Position numbers and translations under genes: made by a program. DNA of 62,995 nt, filler included, from Rhabdomonas costata (Eukaryota), in assembly GCA_019059605.1 (NCBI GenBank). It is 48 parts of 48 records of this genome, joined end to end, with 100 filler letters (N's around TTAATTAATTAA, not from the genome) between each part and the next. Parts side by side here need not be neighbours in the genome. Positions count along the whole stretch, not along the records: positions 1 to 1,216 come from JAHMHO010023272.1; positions 1,317 to 2,532 come from JAHMHO010023273.1; positions 2,633 to 3,849 come from JAHMHO010023274.1; positions 3,950 to 5,164 come from JAHMHO010023275.1; positions 5,265 to 6,479 come from JAHMHO010023276.1; positions 6,580 to 7,794 come from JAHMHO010023277.1; positions 7,895 to 9,109 come from JAHMHO010023278.1; positions 9,210 to 10,424 come from JAHMHO010023279.1; 40 more parts are not named here. One strand, given 5' to 3'. Under the pieces are notes generated by a model that worked only from the letters and a program-made list of their open reading frames with translations, had not been told where the DNA came from and did not search any database. Shown here piece by piece: positions 1-12,508 of this stretch. How positions within the stretch are numbered: the stretch's first letter is position 1; every line of letters begins with the position of its first letter.

Positions 1-209
1 CGGCTTCGATATGTAAAATCCTCGTTCGGCAAACTCGTAAGTCCAAATCAAATGCTGCACTTGCGGCCATAAGGTAGAGATCTCCTTCTGAACCCATACC
101 AGGGATTGATGCATGAAGTGGTGGTTGTGTGGGTTGTTTATCATGACTCATATCATTCGCACCAAACCTTGGAATAGTGGAATAGTGGGCGCCATGCCAT
201 TTTTTGCAG

Positions 210-1216
210 GGCCGAAACGGTCCGCAGCTGCCTCAGTACAGCCGCAAGGCGCAACAAACTGCCACCGCTCTAGCAACGGCGGTGTACCGGTTTGTGGTGG
301 GCTTTGGGCATGGCCCGGTGGCCTCTGCGGTGCCACTGCGGGTGCGGCAGCTCGCCGCCGCCTTCCTGCGCCACTCCGGGCCGCCTGCCATACACACTGC
401 GACGTATATCGAGGTCTCCGACAGCGAGGAGGTTTGCTTGTGGGTGTGATGTGGGTAAACATATGGATGGGTGGCGGGGAGGCAGAAGATACCCTTGTGT
501 CAGTCCTTTTGTGGATGTGCGTGGCCCACCAATGAACTCTTCCCAAAAGTTATCATCTCACGCATCATCGTGCACAAACCGACGTTTTTTTGCAACCACG
601 TCACGTTCCAAACAACATGTGCTCCCGCTTCCGAAGGTCCAACAATGTCCATTGTCCATTGGGAAGGGGAGAGGGAGAGAAAGGGGTGCAGTGAATAATG
701 TTGGGTACTCTTGAACGGTGAGAATGGAGTGGGGGTGTGGAAATAGAAAAGGGAAGCGGCTGAAGTGAGATAGATAAGGTGGTTTGTGGGATAAAACGTC
801 CAAAGGGGTTACGAAGAGTTCACAAGACAACTGGGCGTAAACGGCGTGTCTACTCTGACATAAACCTCACAACGTTCCGCAATGTCTCGATGCAAAATCT
901 CCTCATCACATCCCGGAAACCAACTTCATCAGCTCGCGGAGCAAATGGGAGGATACTGTCTCGTGCCTTGGTATCCATCGTTGCTTTTTCCCGCAGTCCG
1001 ATGGTGCCTCCCCTGTGGACCGGCCACACCCTGCTCTCCCCTCGGAAACCCCCACATGGGCGGAGGTGATTATCCCCAGTGACGACGAGTTCGACGACGA
1101 AGACGATGGCTCCCACAGCGGGGACTCCTCAGACGACGACCGTCGCCATGCCCGCAATCGGGCTCGCCACGCGAAGCCCCAGGCCACGCCATCGGTTGAG
1201 CAATCCACCCCAAACC
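210..1216 (+). CDS. Hypothetical protein, two exons, acidic low-complexity region (partial)
   Basis: Exon 210-431 (GRNGPQ...IEVSDSEE), GT-AG intron 432-996, in-frame exon from 997 (SDGASP...SDDEFDDEDD). No family recognised. Confidence 0.5.
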
Positions 1217-1316
1217 NNNNNNNNNNNNNNNNNNNNNNNNNNNNNNNNNNNNNNNNNNNNTTAATTAATTAANNNNNNNNNNNNNNNNNNNNNNNNNNNN
1301 NNNNNNNNNNNNNNNN
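1217..1316. other. Artificial contig linker (first of 47; last at 61681-61780)
   Basis: 44 N + TTAATTAATTAA (stops in all six frames) + 44 N, recurring about every 1315 bp. ORFs ending in 'XXX..LIN' are linker artefacts. Confidence 0.99.
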
Positions 1317-1840
1317 GGGGGTGGTGGAAACTTGTGTTCTGGTGCAAGCCTGTAGTCCACGTTGAGGACGGGGATGCTGCTGACTTTGGCCAGCTCAGCC
1401 GCAAAGGGACGGTAAAACCTCGCGCTGAACGAAACGTACCCACCTCCGTGAAAGTACATCACCACACGGTCCTCCGAGGTTTGAGAGTTGCTCCCTTTGT
1501 CGGGGAGTAAGGGGGTCCCAGAGAAGCTCTTTCCGTACACCACTTCGCAAGAGGTCCCAAAGCAGCTCACCGGAGTAGCCTGGATACCCTCCGGAGCTGG
1601 GAGAAGTTCGCCAAAGCCTTCCAAAAGGCGCCGTGCCTGAGGCAGCCGAGCATCGAAGAAGGGCTCGGATAAAGTCTGTGAGCAGGTCTGTCGCAGAAAG
1701 GGGGTGAGAACTCTCACAAGAAAGGCGCCTTGTGGAGAAGGCCGAGGCATGCTGGAAAGAAAGACTGCAGAAAAGGAAGAAAAGAATAAAGTCTTGTAAA
1801 AACGACGAGCCTTCTTCAACGCGACCCGTTCAAGTTCCAT
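1317..1840 (-). CDS. Alpha/beta hydrolase, hormone-sensitive-lipase-like family (N-terminal part)
   Basis: VVMYFHGGGYV oxyanion motif and VDYRLAPEHKFP motif. The ORF runs off the contig end. Confidence 0.92.
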
Positions 1841-2632
1841 TCAAAGTTCAATGTCATGACCCGCCGTCAAAACCAACAACAACCCCGAGTGCAGCTGAGT
1901 GGTGTGTGGGTGTCCAGGGACGTGCCGAGCGGTTGGGGAGAATTTCCCCCCGCATCGTGGTAAAGACAACGGGACGCGAGCCGATTGCACGTAAATGGGC
2001 CAAGCAGGCGAGCCTTGCCACCGGTGTCTCCCTCGCTGAAAGTCTCCCTGTCTTTCTCCCGTCTGACTTCTATCACTTTTTGGCCCGTACGGTGACACAG
2101 CGTTTGCCTCGGGCGCTGTTTGTTGTTTAATTGTCTTTCAATATCCACCCAAACGACAGAGGAACTCAGGTGTTCGTAATGCAAATCTTCGCCCCAAAAT
2201 CTTTTTTATGGGATGATTTCGAGTCGATTGGGCCAAGCTCCGCGAGCATTCAGAGAGTGGCGGCGGTTCACGGGGTGAGGGTGAGGTGGCGATGTATTGG
2301 CCGTTTACTCCGCAGGTTAATAAAAAAGCCCTTCATTTTATGGCCACACCGCGAGATGCATGACACTGCGCGCTTCACCTGAATTCTTTTTACACTCCGA
2401 CAACAACAACCGAAATGCTGAACAAATGTGCGCAAAATTCAATTCTTGCTGTGCATTGTCAAGCATACTCTTGACACCAAGGCACGTTACAGGACTCCGA
2501 ACCTACCGTCAGAAAATGCAGCCACAAACACANNNNNNNNNNNNNNNNNNNNNNNNNNNNNNNNNNNNNNNNNNNNTTAATTAATTAANNNNNNNNNNNN
2601 NNNNNNNNNNNNNNNNNNNNNNNNNNNNNNNN

Positions 2633-3397
2633 GTGGTGGGTGTGGTTGGTTGGTGTGGTCATTGGCATCTTTGGGGACGGCATTAGAGTTGGCGTGACGG
2701 CAGGCAACGACATAGCCAGCCTGAGCAATCATCTTCAGCGTGGTACCTGCGGAACATCAAAAATGCCCACTAGCCCCCGGGGGAAAACACCTTAACTATA
2801 AGTCCCCTTGGGGGAGAAGGGGGGGGGGGTAAAGCAGAAAGGAAAACGCCACTTGTGGGGAAGAGATATGCCCCTTCCCAGCAGCCGTGTCAACCATAAC
2901 CCAATGGATGTTTCCGGGCTGCGGAGTCAAATTACCTGTCATTCGACCTCGCGGTATTATTTGGGTTCCCGTCCCTGTGGGGAGTCTATCCTCCGGCGGG
3001 GGCCAAGGATCCTGCACCCATTCATCTCCTCCCCGTGGCTGAATTTAACGACGTTTTTGGGTTTTGTGGATCGATTGGGACAACATTACTTTAGGGGCGG
3101 AGGCCAGCGCCACTGCGCAACTGACTCGATATAACATCATCACATCCTCATTAGCTTATTTAGCTCATTAATATCTTGTGCATAGGAGCTCAATTACATC
3201 GATTGCATGCCTTCACGTGCTCGACAACAAAAAAAAAATAGGGCGCCGTTGCCGCACTCATTGCATCCGGAAGAAGAACATTGTGGACAACAAAGTGGAG
3301 ATACCCCCGTGCACGTTGCCGTTGGGGTTGGCGTCATCGGGCAGCATGAGCCTTGAGGTGGAGAGCGTGCGCGAATCCCATCCGGGTGACACCGGAC
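2633..3397 (-). CDS. Hotdog-fold acyl-CoA thioesterase, ACOT7-like (partial, 2 exons)
   Basis: Exon 3397-3305, GT-AG intron 3304-2747, exon from 2746. Spliced product RLMLPDDANPNGNVHGGTTLKMIAQAGYVVACRHAN matches the PDDANxxGNVHGG motif. Confidence 0.9.
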
Positions 3398-6200
3398 CTA
3401 CGGTAGTTCAGCACAAGAGAGGAGACGAACGCTCGCACTCCCTTTAACCGTAGCAGGTGATTTCGTTCACCATCTTCCTTTGTAGGGCATCACTGGGGCT
3501 CACATTTGAACTGCAAGAGCGCAGACAAAAAACCTAATTGCTGAAAAAACTACGGAAGATTCTGCCTTTTGTTCGAAAGGAGACAAACCATATACACGTA
3601 GAAATACCTTCGGGGTTCAAAGTCTGACTGAAGTGGGCCACGCACCGCGGCGGGAACTTGCATCCCTATGCACCCAAACACAAGCCCAACTAACCCCAGA
3701 TGGTATAGTCTGGGCACTATCCTATGCCACCTGTTAACAAGCACATTAGTGCGCGTGTGCCTCTCCCGCGTTTCGTCCGTTTTTGTCAGTCCGGTTTCGA
3801 CTGTTGTTGGTCCCTCAAATAACGTAATAACGTCGCGGAACCAAAAAAANNNNNNNNNNNNNNNNNNNNNNNNNNNNNNNNNNNNNNNNNNNNTTAATTA
3901 ATTAANNNNNNNNNNNNNNNNNNNNNNNNNNNNNNNNNNNNNNNNNNNNGTTGGAAGCTGTCAGCATTTGGAGGAAAACGTTTCCGGGAAATGTTGTGTG
4001 TTGGAAGCTGTGTCCATTCCACTGTCATGCCATTTTGCCTGGTATTGTAAGCATTGTAAGTCACACTTGTCACGTTGACTTTGCTGCGCCAGCATATGCC
4101 GCCTCTTTTGTCGTCTTCTCTCGCAGCTCTCCGAGTTGTGAGTGCAGGCACAATTCAGCCTCTCGTCAGCGACTGCGTCGCTTCGGCCAGCTTGGGCGGC
4201 CCTTATTCTTTGGGTGTGCAATGCAATTTTTTTACTTTGACCTTTGACCTCAGACAAAAGGTTTGAGATCGTGGTCCGTGGACCAGAGTGGCCCAAGACA
4301 TCCTGAAAATGTCTCCAGACTCCCCGATTCCTTGACGCACACGAAATAGCTAATTAGTTGTGCACTTCAATATCGGAACGCCGCGTCCGACGGCTCACGA
4401 GCGCTCTATCTGCCAAATATATATCGAGTGATAAGAGTGTAGGAGTGTAGGAGCGGATTTCTTGGAAGGGGTTAGGTTAGGTGGCGATTCCCTGGAAGAA
4501 GGTTCTGGTCTTGCAGGGTGTACACGAGTCTTCTGGAGGAGACGAAAGGTGTGCTGTGTTTGGTGAAAGGTGTGAGGTAAAAGGTGAGCTGCGTTTGCCG
4601 GGGGGACCCCTGGGACTAGCATCCAACCAACCCTCCGACCATTTCGAAACTCGTTTTTTTTTCATCCCTTCTCTCAGCTGCTTACGCTGGAACCCGACTT
4701 GTGCTGGACCTGCACTTTGCCGGCCTCTCCTCCCCCGGAGTATATGCAGTATGCTTTACCGTCAGAGGTATTCGCGCTGTTCATTTGTTTTGCACCGACA
4801 GAATATTATGGCTGCAGGGATGTGGTCAAATCATCACTTCTGCTTACTATCAAAGATTTTGATGTACGGTGTCATCGTTTGCACTGCGGACACTTGTACT
4901 CCCGAGCCACCACCCAAGCGTATCACGAAATTTCGGGCGGTGCCCTGCGTACACACGCTCTCGTCCCCTGGAATTCGTCGGCAGAAGAAGTCGGGAAAAA
5001 CGTGTCAAAAAACGTGTCAGAAACATCGCGTTTTTTTTTAGTTCATGCCTGTGTTTCTGACCTTATAAAACGCTGTTGCAGAGAAGCCGAAGATTACTCA
5101 TCGCTCAAAAGAAAAGAAAGGGAAAGTTTTTGTTATCTGGAACTCACCGATTTTTGCCTCCGTGNNNNNNNNNNNNNNNNNNNNNNNNNNNNNNNNNNNN
5201 NNNNNNNNTTAATTAATTAANNNNNNNNNNNNNNNNNNNNNNNNNNNNNNNNNNNNNNNNNNNNGGGGGTGGGGGAGGGGCCGAAATACGGGTTTCAACG
5301 TGATTTCGTCTCGGGACCTCGTAGCTCTTGGGCCCGGCGCGCAGCGCCCATAATTGTTCGAACTTGTTGTTCGGACGTTAGCTGAGCTAACGACTTTGTC
5401 ATCTATCTCTATTTAACAACACAACCCTACCGGTCATCCAGCAGGGGTCAGAAGACTGAAACCCGGAATTCCAGGTTTCAGATTCCAGGTTTCAGACACG
5501 ACCCCCCTGGACGAATGTCATTTCGGCCAATAAACTGCCTGGATTCCTCTAGAAGAATGTGAAAGCAATGGGAAGGTTGTGGTTGTGTGCTTCATGCACC
5601 CTTTCTTATTCAACCAGTTTCGGTTCGAGCCAAAAAAATCTCTACAGAAGCGTAGTTGCGGGATGCGCTGGTTTTTTTTGCCCACACGCAGAAGCAAACC
5701 TAATGACATATGTACCCCTCCCATTATGCTCGAAGAAGGGGGGTTAGGTAGGTGAACCTTGCTACCACCTAACCCCAAGGACAGGTTATTGTTGAAGCAG
5801 AAGGTTAGGTAAACTTCTGACTTCAAAGGCGCAACAAACGAGAGGAGGTAACAAATTCGTTGCGAGAACCACCCGGAATAAATACCGCCATCCCCCCACC
5901 CCTGCTCCAAGTGGATCAAGGAAATGGGAAACGTGCTCCCCCGCAACATAACGCAAGTAATGGCGCTGCGCGCCGGGGCTAATGCTAATGGGCCCCTAAA
6001 CGAAACGATGCAGTCTGGGTGAGGGTGTGGTCTGGGTGTGCAGTTTACTGGACTTGTGTGTGTGTGTGTGGCACTTTCAAGCAAAAAATACAACTAAAGA
6101 GGTGACAAAGAGGTGAAGGCCACCCCAGATATGTTAAAATGCGTTTTTCCACCGCAAACCTCAAAAGCATCAAGAGCTCACCCAAAAGGGACAGACACAC

Positions 6201-6479
6201 CAAAGAGATCTGCCCTATCGTTGGGAAGATCAGAGTAGGATACCACACCACGTGGGGCATGGCCATGTCGAACGAAAGTACAAACCAACCGGTGCTGGCG
6301 CTGCAATTGAGCAAGTTCACCCCAGTGATGGATTGAATACGGGCGAAATTTACCAGGTCGGGGTCATGCCATTGGACAGTGATGTCCATGTCCACGGTGA
6401 ACTGCTCGATAGACTGCTGCAGGCCCGACACTCGCCGCAGGGCGATCTCCATCGAAATGGAGTCGTTGCCACAACCAAC
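6201..6479 (-). CDS. Probable pentameric ligand-gated ion channel extracellular-domain exon
   Basis: ISMEIALRRVSGLQQSIEQFTVDMDITVQWHDPDL...VVWYPTLIFP resembles the QxFTxD, WxDxRL and WxPxI/L motifs in the right order. GT donor at 6200. Confidence 0.55.
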
Positions 6480-8358
6480 NNNNNNNNNNNNNNNNNNNNN
6501 NNNNNNNNNNNNNNNNNNNNNNNTTAATTAATTAANNNNNNNNNNNNNNNNNNNNNNNNNNNNNNNNNNNNNNNNNNNNGGGTGGGGGGTCGGCGGTCTA
6601 GCGCCAAGTTCCGAGGGCTGGGATCATTTCCCTGAAAAAGGGACGAGGACATGCTGGAAGCAAACAAGGTCCGAGGCGCGCGTGCCGGGGGCATCTAAGG
6701 ATATCCCTGTGAAACGGTGCTTGACACCGTCCATATTCGATCTCCGAGCCCTGATAACTGCACGAAAAGGTATCGACTGGAGATGCACACGTGTAGACAC
6801 AGCATATGCGGGAGAAGAGGTTGGCGGGAGAGCGAGGTTTGTGGAATTTGGTATGGGAACTGAAGGAGCGAGATGGCGGTGGCATTGGTGCGCTGGTTCG
6901 GCCCACTCATAAGCTAATGGGTGGGCAAGCACGTCTGTAGCAGAGGATGCTTGTTAATTCAAGAACGAAGAGAGAGAAAAGCAGAAGAAAATCTGTCCCG
7001 TCACCTCCCCGCAATTGCGGGAATGCGGTCCACCGAAAAAAATTACACTCAGTAAGGGCGAAAAGCGGGAGGCAACTTGTCCAGCTTAATGTTCACATTG
7101 TGTGCAGGATTTCCAGATACGGATGGTTTGCCACAGCAGCTCTGTGGTACGCTGCAGCAGGTGCGAAGAAAGGACCGCCACAACCCCACACCACCTGGTG
7201 AGAGGCACGGTCTGTGCTGGCGGAGACCGAGAGCTGCACGGAACCCCGACCCTGCTGAAAAGGCACTGTGCAGCAGTGGCTGCGCTCGAGGCCCCATGGA
7301 AGGCCGCCCAAGTCACATCGGCCGTGGCCCGCGACCTGACCAGGGAGGGGCCGTGAAGCAAAGGGGAGATACTAATGCTTAATAGTAAACCAGAGCAAGT
7401 ACTCTGAGGAAACATCGAACATCCTCACGATCAGGCACACTGTTTGGGAAAATACCTAACCCATGTTCCACCAGCTGGCAGGCGGGCCGTGCGGCTATAC
7501 GTGAGCCCACACGGCGTGTGATGTAAAGTGACCGGGGGTCGTGCGACAACAATGCATATCACATGCGCAAGTTGAGCACGGTTCTAGACCACCCGTGAGG
7601 AAGGGACGAGTCAGCGTCAACAAAGGCTAACAAAAAATTCGGATAATCCTAACCACTCTACCACTCACCCAATACACAACAACCCTCTTGGGAACGGTGT
7701 TGTGGATCACCTCAATGAACAGCGTGCATAGAGGCTCCGCGGGAAGGTCCACCTGTTTTGTGGAAACCCCGATCACCTCCTCCCCCCCTCCCAGNNNNNN
7801 NNNNNNNNNNNNNNNNNNNNNNNNNNNNNNNNNNNNNNTTAATTAATTAANNNNNNNNNNNNNNNNNNNNNNNNNNNNNNNNNNNNNNNNNNNNGTTGGG
7901 GTGTGTACGGATCACGGAACCAAAATCAGCATACCCTCTTCATGAACAACCTGTAAACGCGCAGACGAGGCCAACCACTCATCCTTTTCTTGCCATTCGT
8001 GCGTTTCTTTTGTCAAAATGCTTGAGGAGATGATTTAACAGCCGGGAAGCGCGACAGACACGAATTCTTTTCCAACCGTTTTACAAATGCATTCACATTC
8101 CCTTTTTCTTTACATTTTGAATTTTGCAATTTCCCAGTATTAGCTTATGAAAACCAACGCTTACAAAAAACGAGGAGGTACATAAAGTGACACATGAAAC
8201 AAAAAGGTTGTGTATTGTAAATGGTGAGTAATAAAGATGACATTTAGCACGATACACCATGAATTGAGATTTATCACTAGAACACGTAAGAGGACGCCAG
8301 AAACGTGGTGTTGCGGGAAAAGTAAACTTCCACGGCCACGGGAGAGGGGGAAACACAC

Positions 8359-8873
8359 CAGCTCCCGGAACACCTTAGTGCCGTCTTGCAGCAGAGCAGC
8401 AGCGCCGGCCTCGGCGGCGGTGTCCAAGTCCCGCAGGTTGGGCTGCAGCGAGGGCAGCGCGGGCCGCAGCCGATGTCCCTCGTAGACTGAGGGAATGCCC
8501 CACCCAAACACACACATACATAAACGCATTTATCGAAAGGAGGAGGGGTTTATGAGGTTGTGTTTGTGATTCAAAGACCACTGCTCTGGAGCTGGGTCAT
8601 GCTGGAGGTGACACGCCACTATTGACTTTGGGATGGCCATTGCGTGGAGAGCCGCCGATGCCGATCCAAGAAAGCCTTGTCTCCAACCTTTTGCATAACT
8701 AGCGAGGTCGGCAGCTGCAACGGTTTTGGTGCACCGCAATTTTCACACGTGCCTCCAACAGCAGCGGGTACGCTGATGCATCGCGGTGTCGTGGGGAGTG
8801 AGGAGGGAAATGGGAGGACGGAATGCGTACCGATGTCATGGCTCGGGGCGGTGTAGCACTTGAAGATGACCAC
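8359..8873 (-). CDS. Hypothetical protein, two exons (partial)
   Basis: Exons 8873-8831 and 8486-8359 with GT-AG boundaries join in frame: VVIFKCYTAPSHDIVYEGHRLRPALPSLQPNLRDLD. Confidence 0.5.
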
Positions 8874-11800
8874 CTGGCCAAAACAAGGAAAAGCGAAAAG
8901 TGAAGGTTTTTTGTCAGGTCTGAAAATCCTAGTAAACACGTTTGCTATTGTCTGTCATTCAAACCCTTGTACTTATGTTCGATATGGATCGACCTTGGAC
9001 CTTGACAGCCCCCCTGCACCTGCATGCCCTTGACTTGGTGAGACCCTCTTACATACAACAGTGAAGGTCGCAGCCCACAGCCGGGTCTACGCATCACAAA
9101 AACAAAAAANNNNNNNNNNNNNNNNNNNNNNNNNNNNNNNNNNNNNNNNNNNNTTAATTAATTAANNNNNNNNNNNNNNNNNNNNNNNNNNNNNNNNNNN
9201 NNNNNNNNNAGGTGGGAGGGGGGTGAGAATGCGGAAGGGTGGGGAGATCCGGCCGACGACCGATCGACTTTGCAGCTGCAATATCGCGTCCGAAGTTAGC
9301 ACAGAGGTCGCCGCGGAGCCCATGGAGAGGGCGTAGGAGGTGCGCCGAGACTGCGAGAGCAAAAAGAACAGAAAAATATGAGGCAAAGGACTTTTTACGT
9401 TCATTTCACCACAAAAAAGTATAAAAAATTGAATGATGGGGTTATGGTCAGAAAAAAGATTGTCAGGATAAACGCCTGAAATAACGAATTCAAAAGAAGG
9501 CAAACTGCTATGTGCGCAAAAGTCCTGCCAGTGTGTTCCCCAACCCATCATTGGCCTGTCACTCCCAGGATCTGTCAGAATTAAAGCACCTCCCCACCCA
9601 CTCCCATACCACATTCACATGATCCTACATCCCACATGATCCTACTAAAATAGTATTGGGGGAGTGCACATACGAGACGTGTGGGGTCGGAATCGGCCTT
9701 AGATCTTGATGTATGTCCTTGTATGCGTGCAAATGAACCCTTGGCAGCTTGGCATCCACGTACTTTGTGCACTTGGCGGGGACGACCAATTTCTGGGGAA
9801 GACTCGCGTTTCTCTTCCCCCCCGGGCTCCCGATGGGCATCTCGATGGGCATGGGCCCATCGGGCCTCACCCCCTTCTCGCCTCGCTGCCTCACGTTACT
9901 CTCCCCTGCTTCGTGCCCCCTCGGGACGTATGAACGTGGGTGTACGCGGGGCCTTGGGAACCTCGACTGGCGCGTTCAGAGTACTCTTCACGGGCGCCCA
10001 ACGCACCGCGCTCGTACACCCCTGTTGGTGTGCAGGTCCCCCTTACGCCTTGACGTAAGCCTGGGTCCTGCCTCAGTGTGCGGTACTCACGGATGCCATT
10101 GCCTGCACTCCTTCTGTCTATGTGCTTCATTCACTCCTGCGCTCCTTCCCACCTGGGTGGTCTGGTCGCCGTGGTCACTCCCCTCCCTGGTCTCCACCGC
10201 CCATTCTGGGTCTTCGCTTCCCTTCCCATCCTTCTCAGGTCCTGCTCACCCCTTGGGGTCGCTTGGTTTCCACGGCATCTGACTCACATCTGCTTCACTT
10301 GCTGCCACCCATTTCTGCTGCACTCCTCTCTTTGCCGCTGCAACTTTTCCGCTCCCAATGCTGTCGCCACCACCGCTCTTCTCCTTTCTCTCTCTTGCTC
10401 CCATGTCCATTGCGCCCATTCTTGNNNNNNNNNNNNNNNNNNNNNNNNNNNNNNNNNNNNNNNNNNNNTTAATTAATTAANNNNNNNNNNNNNNNNNNNN
10501 NNNNNNNNNNNNNNNNNNNNNNNNGGTTTCACCAGGAAGAGCCTGTTCCGGGGAAACACACATACACACACACGGCCCATAATATCGATCACGAACCAAA
10601 AGAAGAGGTAGTTCCAAAATTTGTTGACTGCGGTGAAACTTTGTGGAACGCAGTCAACGCAGAGAAACGTCGCAGGTGGCAGGCACTGAATTCAAATTTC
10701 GCTTGGAGAAAACGAGAGAAAAATTGAAATATTGGAAGGTTTCTGTTCCATTCATATTCATATTCATAAAAAATTTTCCGAAGCAGGTATCTCTCTCAAG
10801 GAGTCAGTTCTCTTTTTCACAACCAGGTGTGAATGAGAAATCCTTTATTCCCCAGTGAATCACCGATCCAGAGATTCAATTGGAAAGTGATTCAAGTTAT
10901 CCCAGCATTGTCCTCTCAGATAAAACGCAGACACCCTCTATAATGTCCTGGTACGATCCCACTTTGTGCACTTTGTGAAGCACATTGACACATAACTCGG
11001 CCATATACTGTTCTGTCATTTTCTATAATTTTCCCAGGAATTAAAAAAAGCCAAACTTCCGACTCGTCAGATTGAATTGTACTATGGAAAAAAGATCGTC
11101 TTCCGGAGCCAGAAAATTCCCCAACCCGATCCCAGGAGAGGGTTGGAAGAGGCCAGTAGAGGAAAGGGGGGCGAGGTCAAAAACAGCTGTCAGCATCTGA
11201 CGGCAACGCAGCTAACGAGCCGCACCCTGGCTTGGAGATTTTCCGCAAGAGGACTACCGCCGAGCGAGTGCGGCAGCGAGGCCGGGACTGAAAGTGACGG
11301 AGGGATATTCTCTGGGAGGCTCCGCACAGGATACGGGATGTCTCTGGAGCCAACTTGACTGAGACGGAGCTGAGCCTCCGAAGCAGTGATCTTCGCGCAA
11401 GACAGACGGTGCTCAAAGCACACAGGGCTTGCGTCGGCAAAAAAGAATGGACAGGCCATTTCACCACAGTGCAAACTGATCCCAGCGGTTTCATTTCTTG
11501 AAAAAGAAATTGTGTTAACTTTCCCCTAATGTGCACATGTCTTCCGTTTGAACGATACCTCGGTAAAAAGTCCAGGAATTGAAGTTCGGCTAACATTCCG
11601 AATTCACAACAAAGAGGGTGTGTGATGCGACAATGTCGTCACATTTGTATTGGCATCCATCGTTCAACCACAAACCCAGTGGGAAAAAAAATAGAAGACA
11701 AGGGGAAACATGAGACACGAAAAACCAGTTGGAGCAAGTNNNNNNNNNNNNNNNNNNNNNNNNNNNNNNNNNNNNNNNNNNNNTTAATTAATTAANNNNN

Positions 11801-12468
11801 NNNNNNNNNNNNNNNNNNNNNNNNNNNNNNNNNNNNNNNTTTGTTCTGGTAGAGGTCACGTAGGGGTGATCGAGGCACCAGGTCACCCCGGAGTAGGGTC
11901 ATCTTGGGTCGCTGCGCTCCCTCACCCTACCATGGGGTCCTCCGTCCGTCGTACCCCACCTGCGCGTGTCGGCCTCGGCGGCCTCCGTTGCAGAACCATC
12001 TACACTAGGGGTTCAGTGGTCTTGAGGTGGTGCGAAGGACGTGTCACGTAGTGGAGCCGTCCGTAGTAGAGGGAACCTGCGGTAGATGGTAGTAGGTGGG
12101 CCCCTCACCCCTCACCACCACTCACCTCCCTGGTACCCGTAGACAGCCACAACTCTGAGTGGATGGTGAGGGGCTCATCTTGGCATCAGGTTATCACGTA
12201 GGAGGGGCCCACAGTCACCACCCCTCTTCTGCATCTACCACTTGCGGGCATTTCTGAGAGTGGGTCGTAAATTTCGATGGTAGGGTCTTTGGGTTTCGTG
12301 TTTTCGTCTTTCGGGTGTTCGTGGGTTCGTGGATTCGAGAGTTCGGTGTTTGGGTTCTTGCCTTCTGTCTTCCGTAGCCATGTTGGTTCAGTGGGTATTC
12401 GGGTTTCGTCTTCTTCCTTCTGCCTTCTTGCGTTCTGGGTTCGGTCTCGCGTAGCCTTGTTGGTTCTG

Positions 12469-12508
12469 CTGGTATTCCTGGTATTCCTGGTATTCCTGGT
12501 ATTCCTGG
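12469..12508. repeat. 9-bp tandem repeat (CTGGTATTC) x4.4
   Basis: Read directly from the sequence. Confidence 0.95.

Noticed and set aside
4678..4767. Possible surface-protein exon (LVLDLHFAGLSSPGVYAVCFTVR)
   Set aside because: AG/GT bounded, but the frame is ambiguous and no family is recognisable.
7102..7356. Retrotransposon-like zinc knuckle (RCSRCEE...TPHHL)
   Set aside because: No reverse transcriptase or endonuclease motif nearby; too weak.
8359..8486. Actin-like 'VYEGH' motif
   Set aside because: The flanking sequence lacks the actin DxGDG/VP context.
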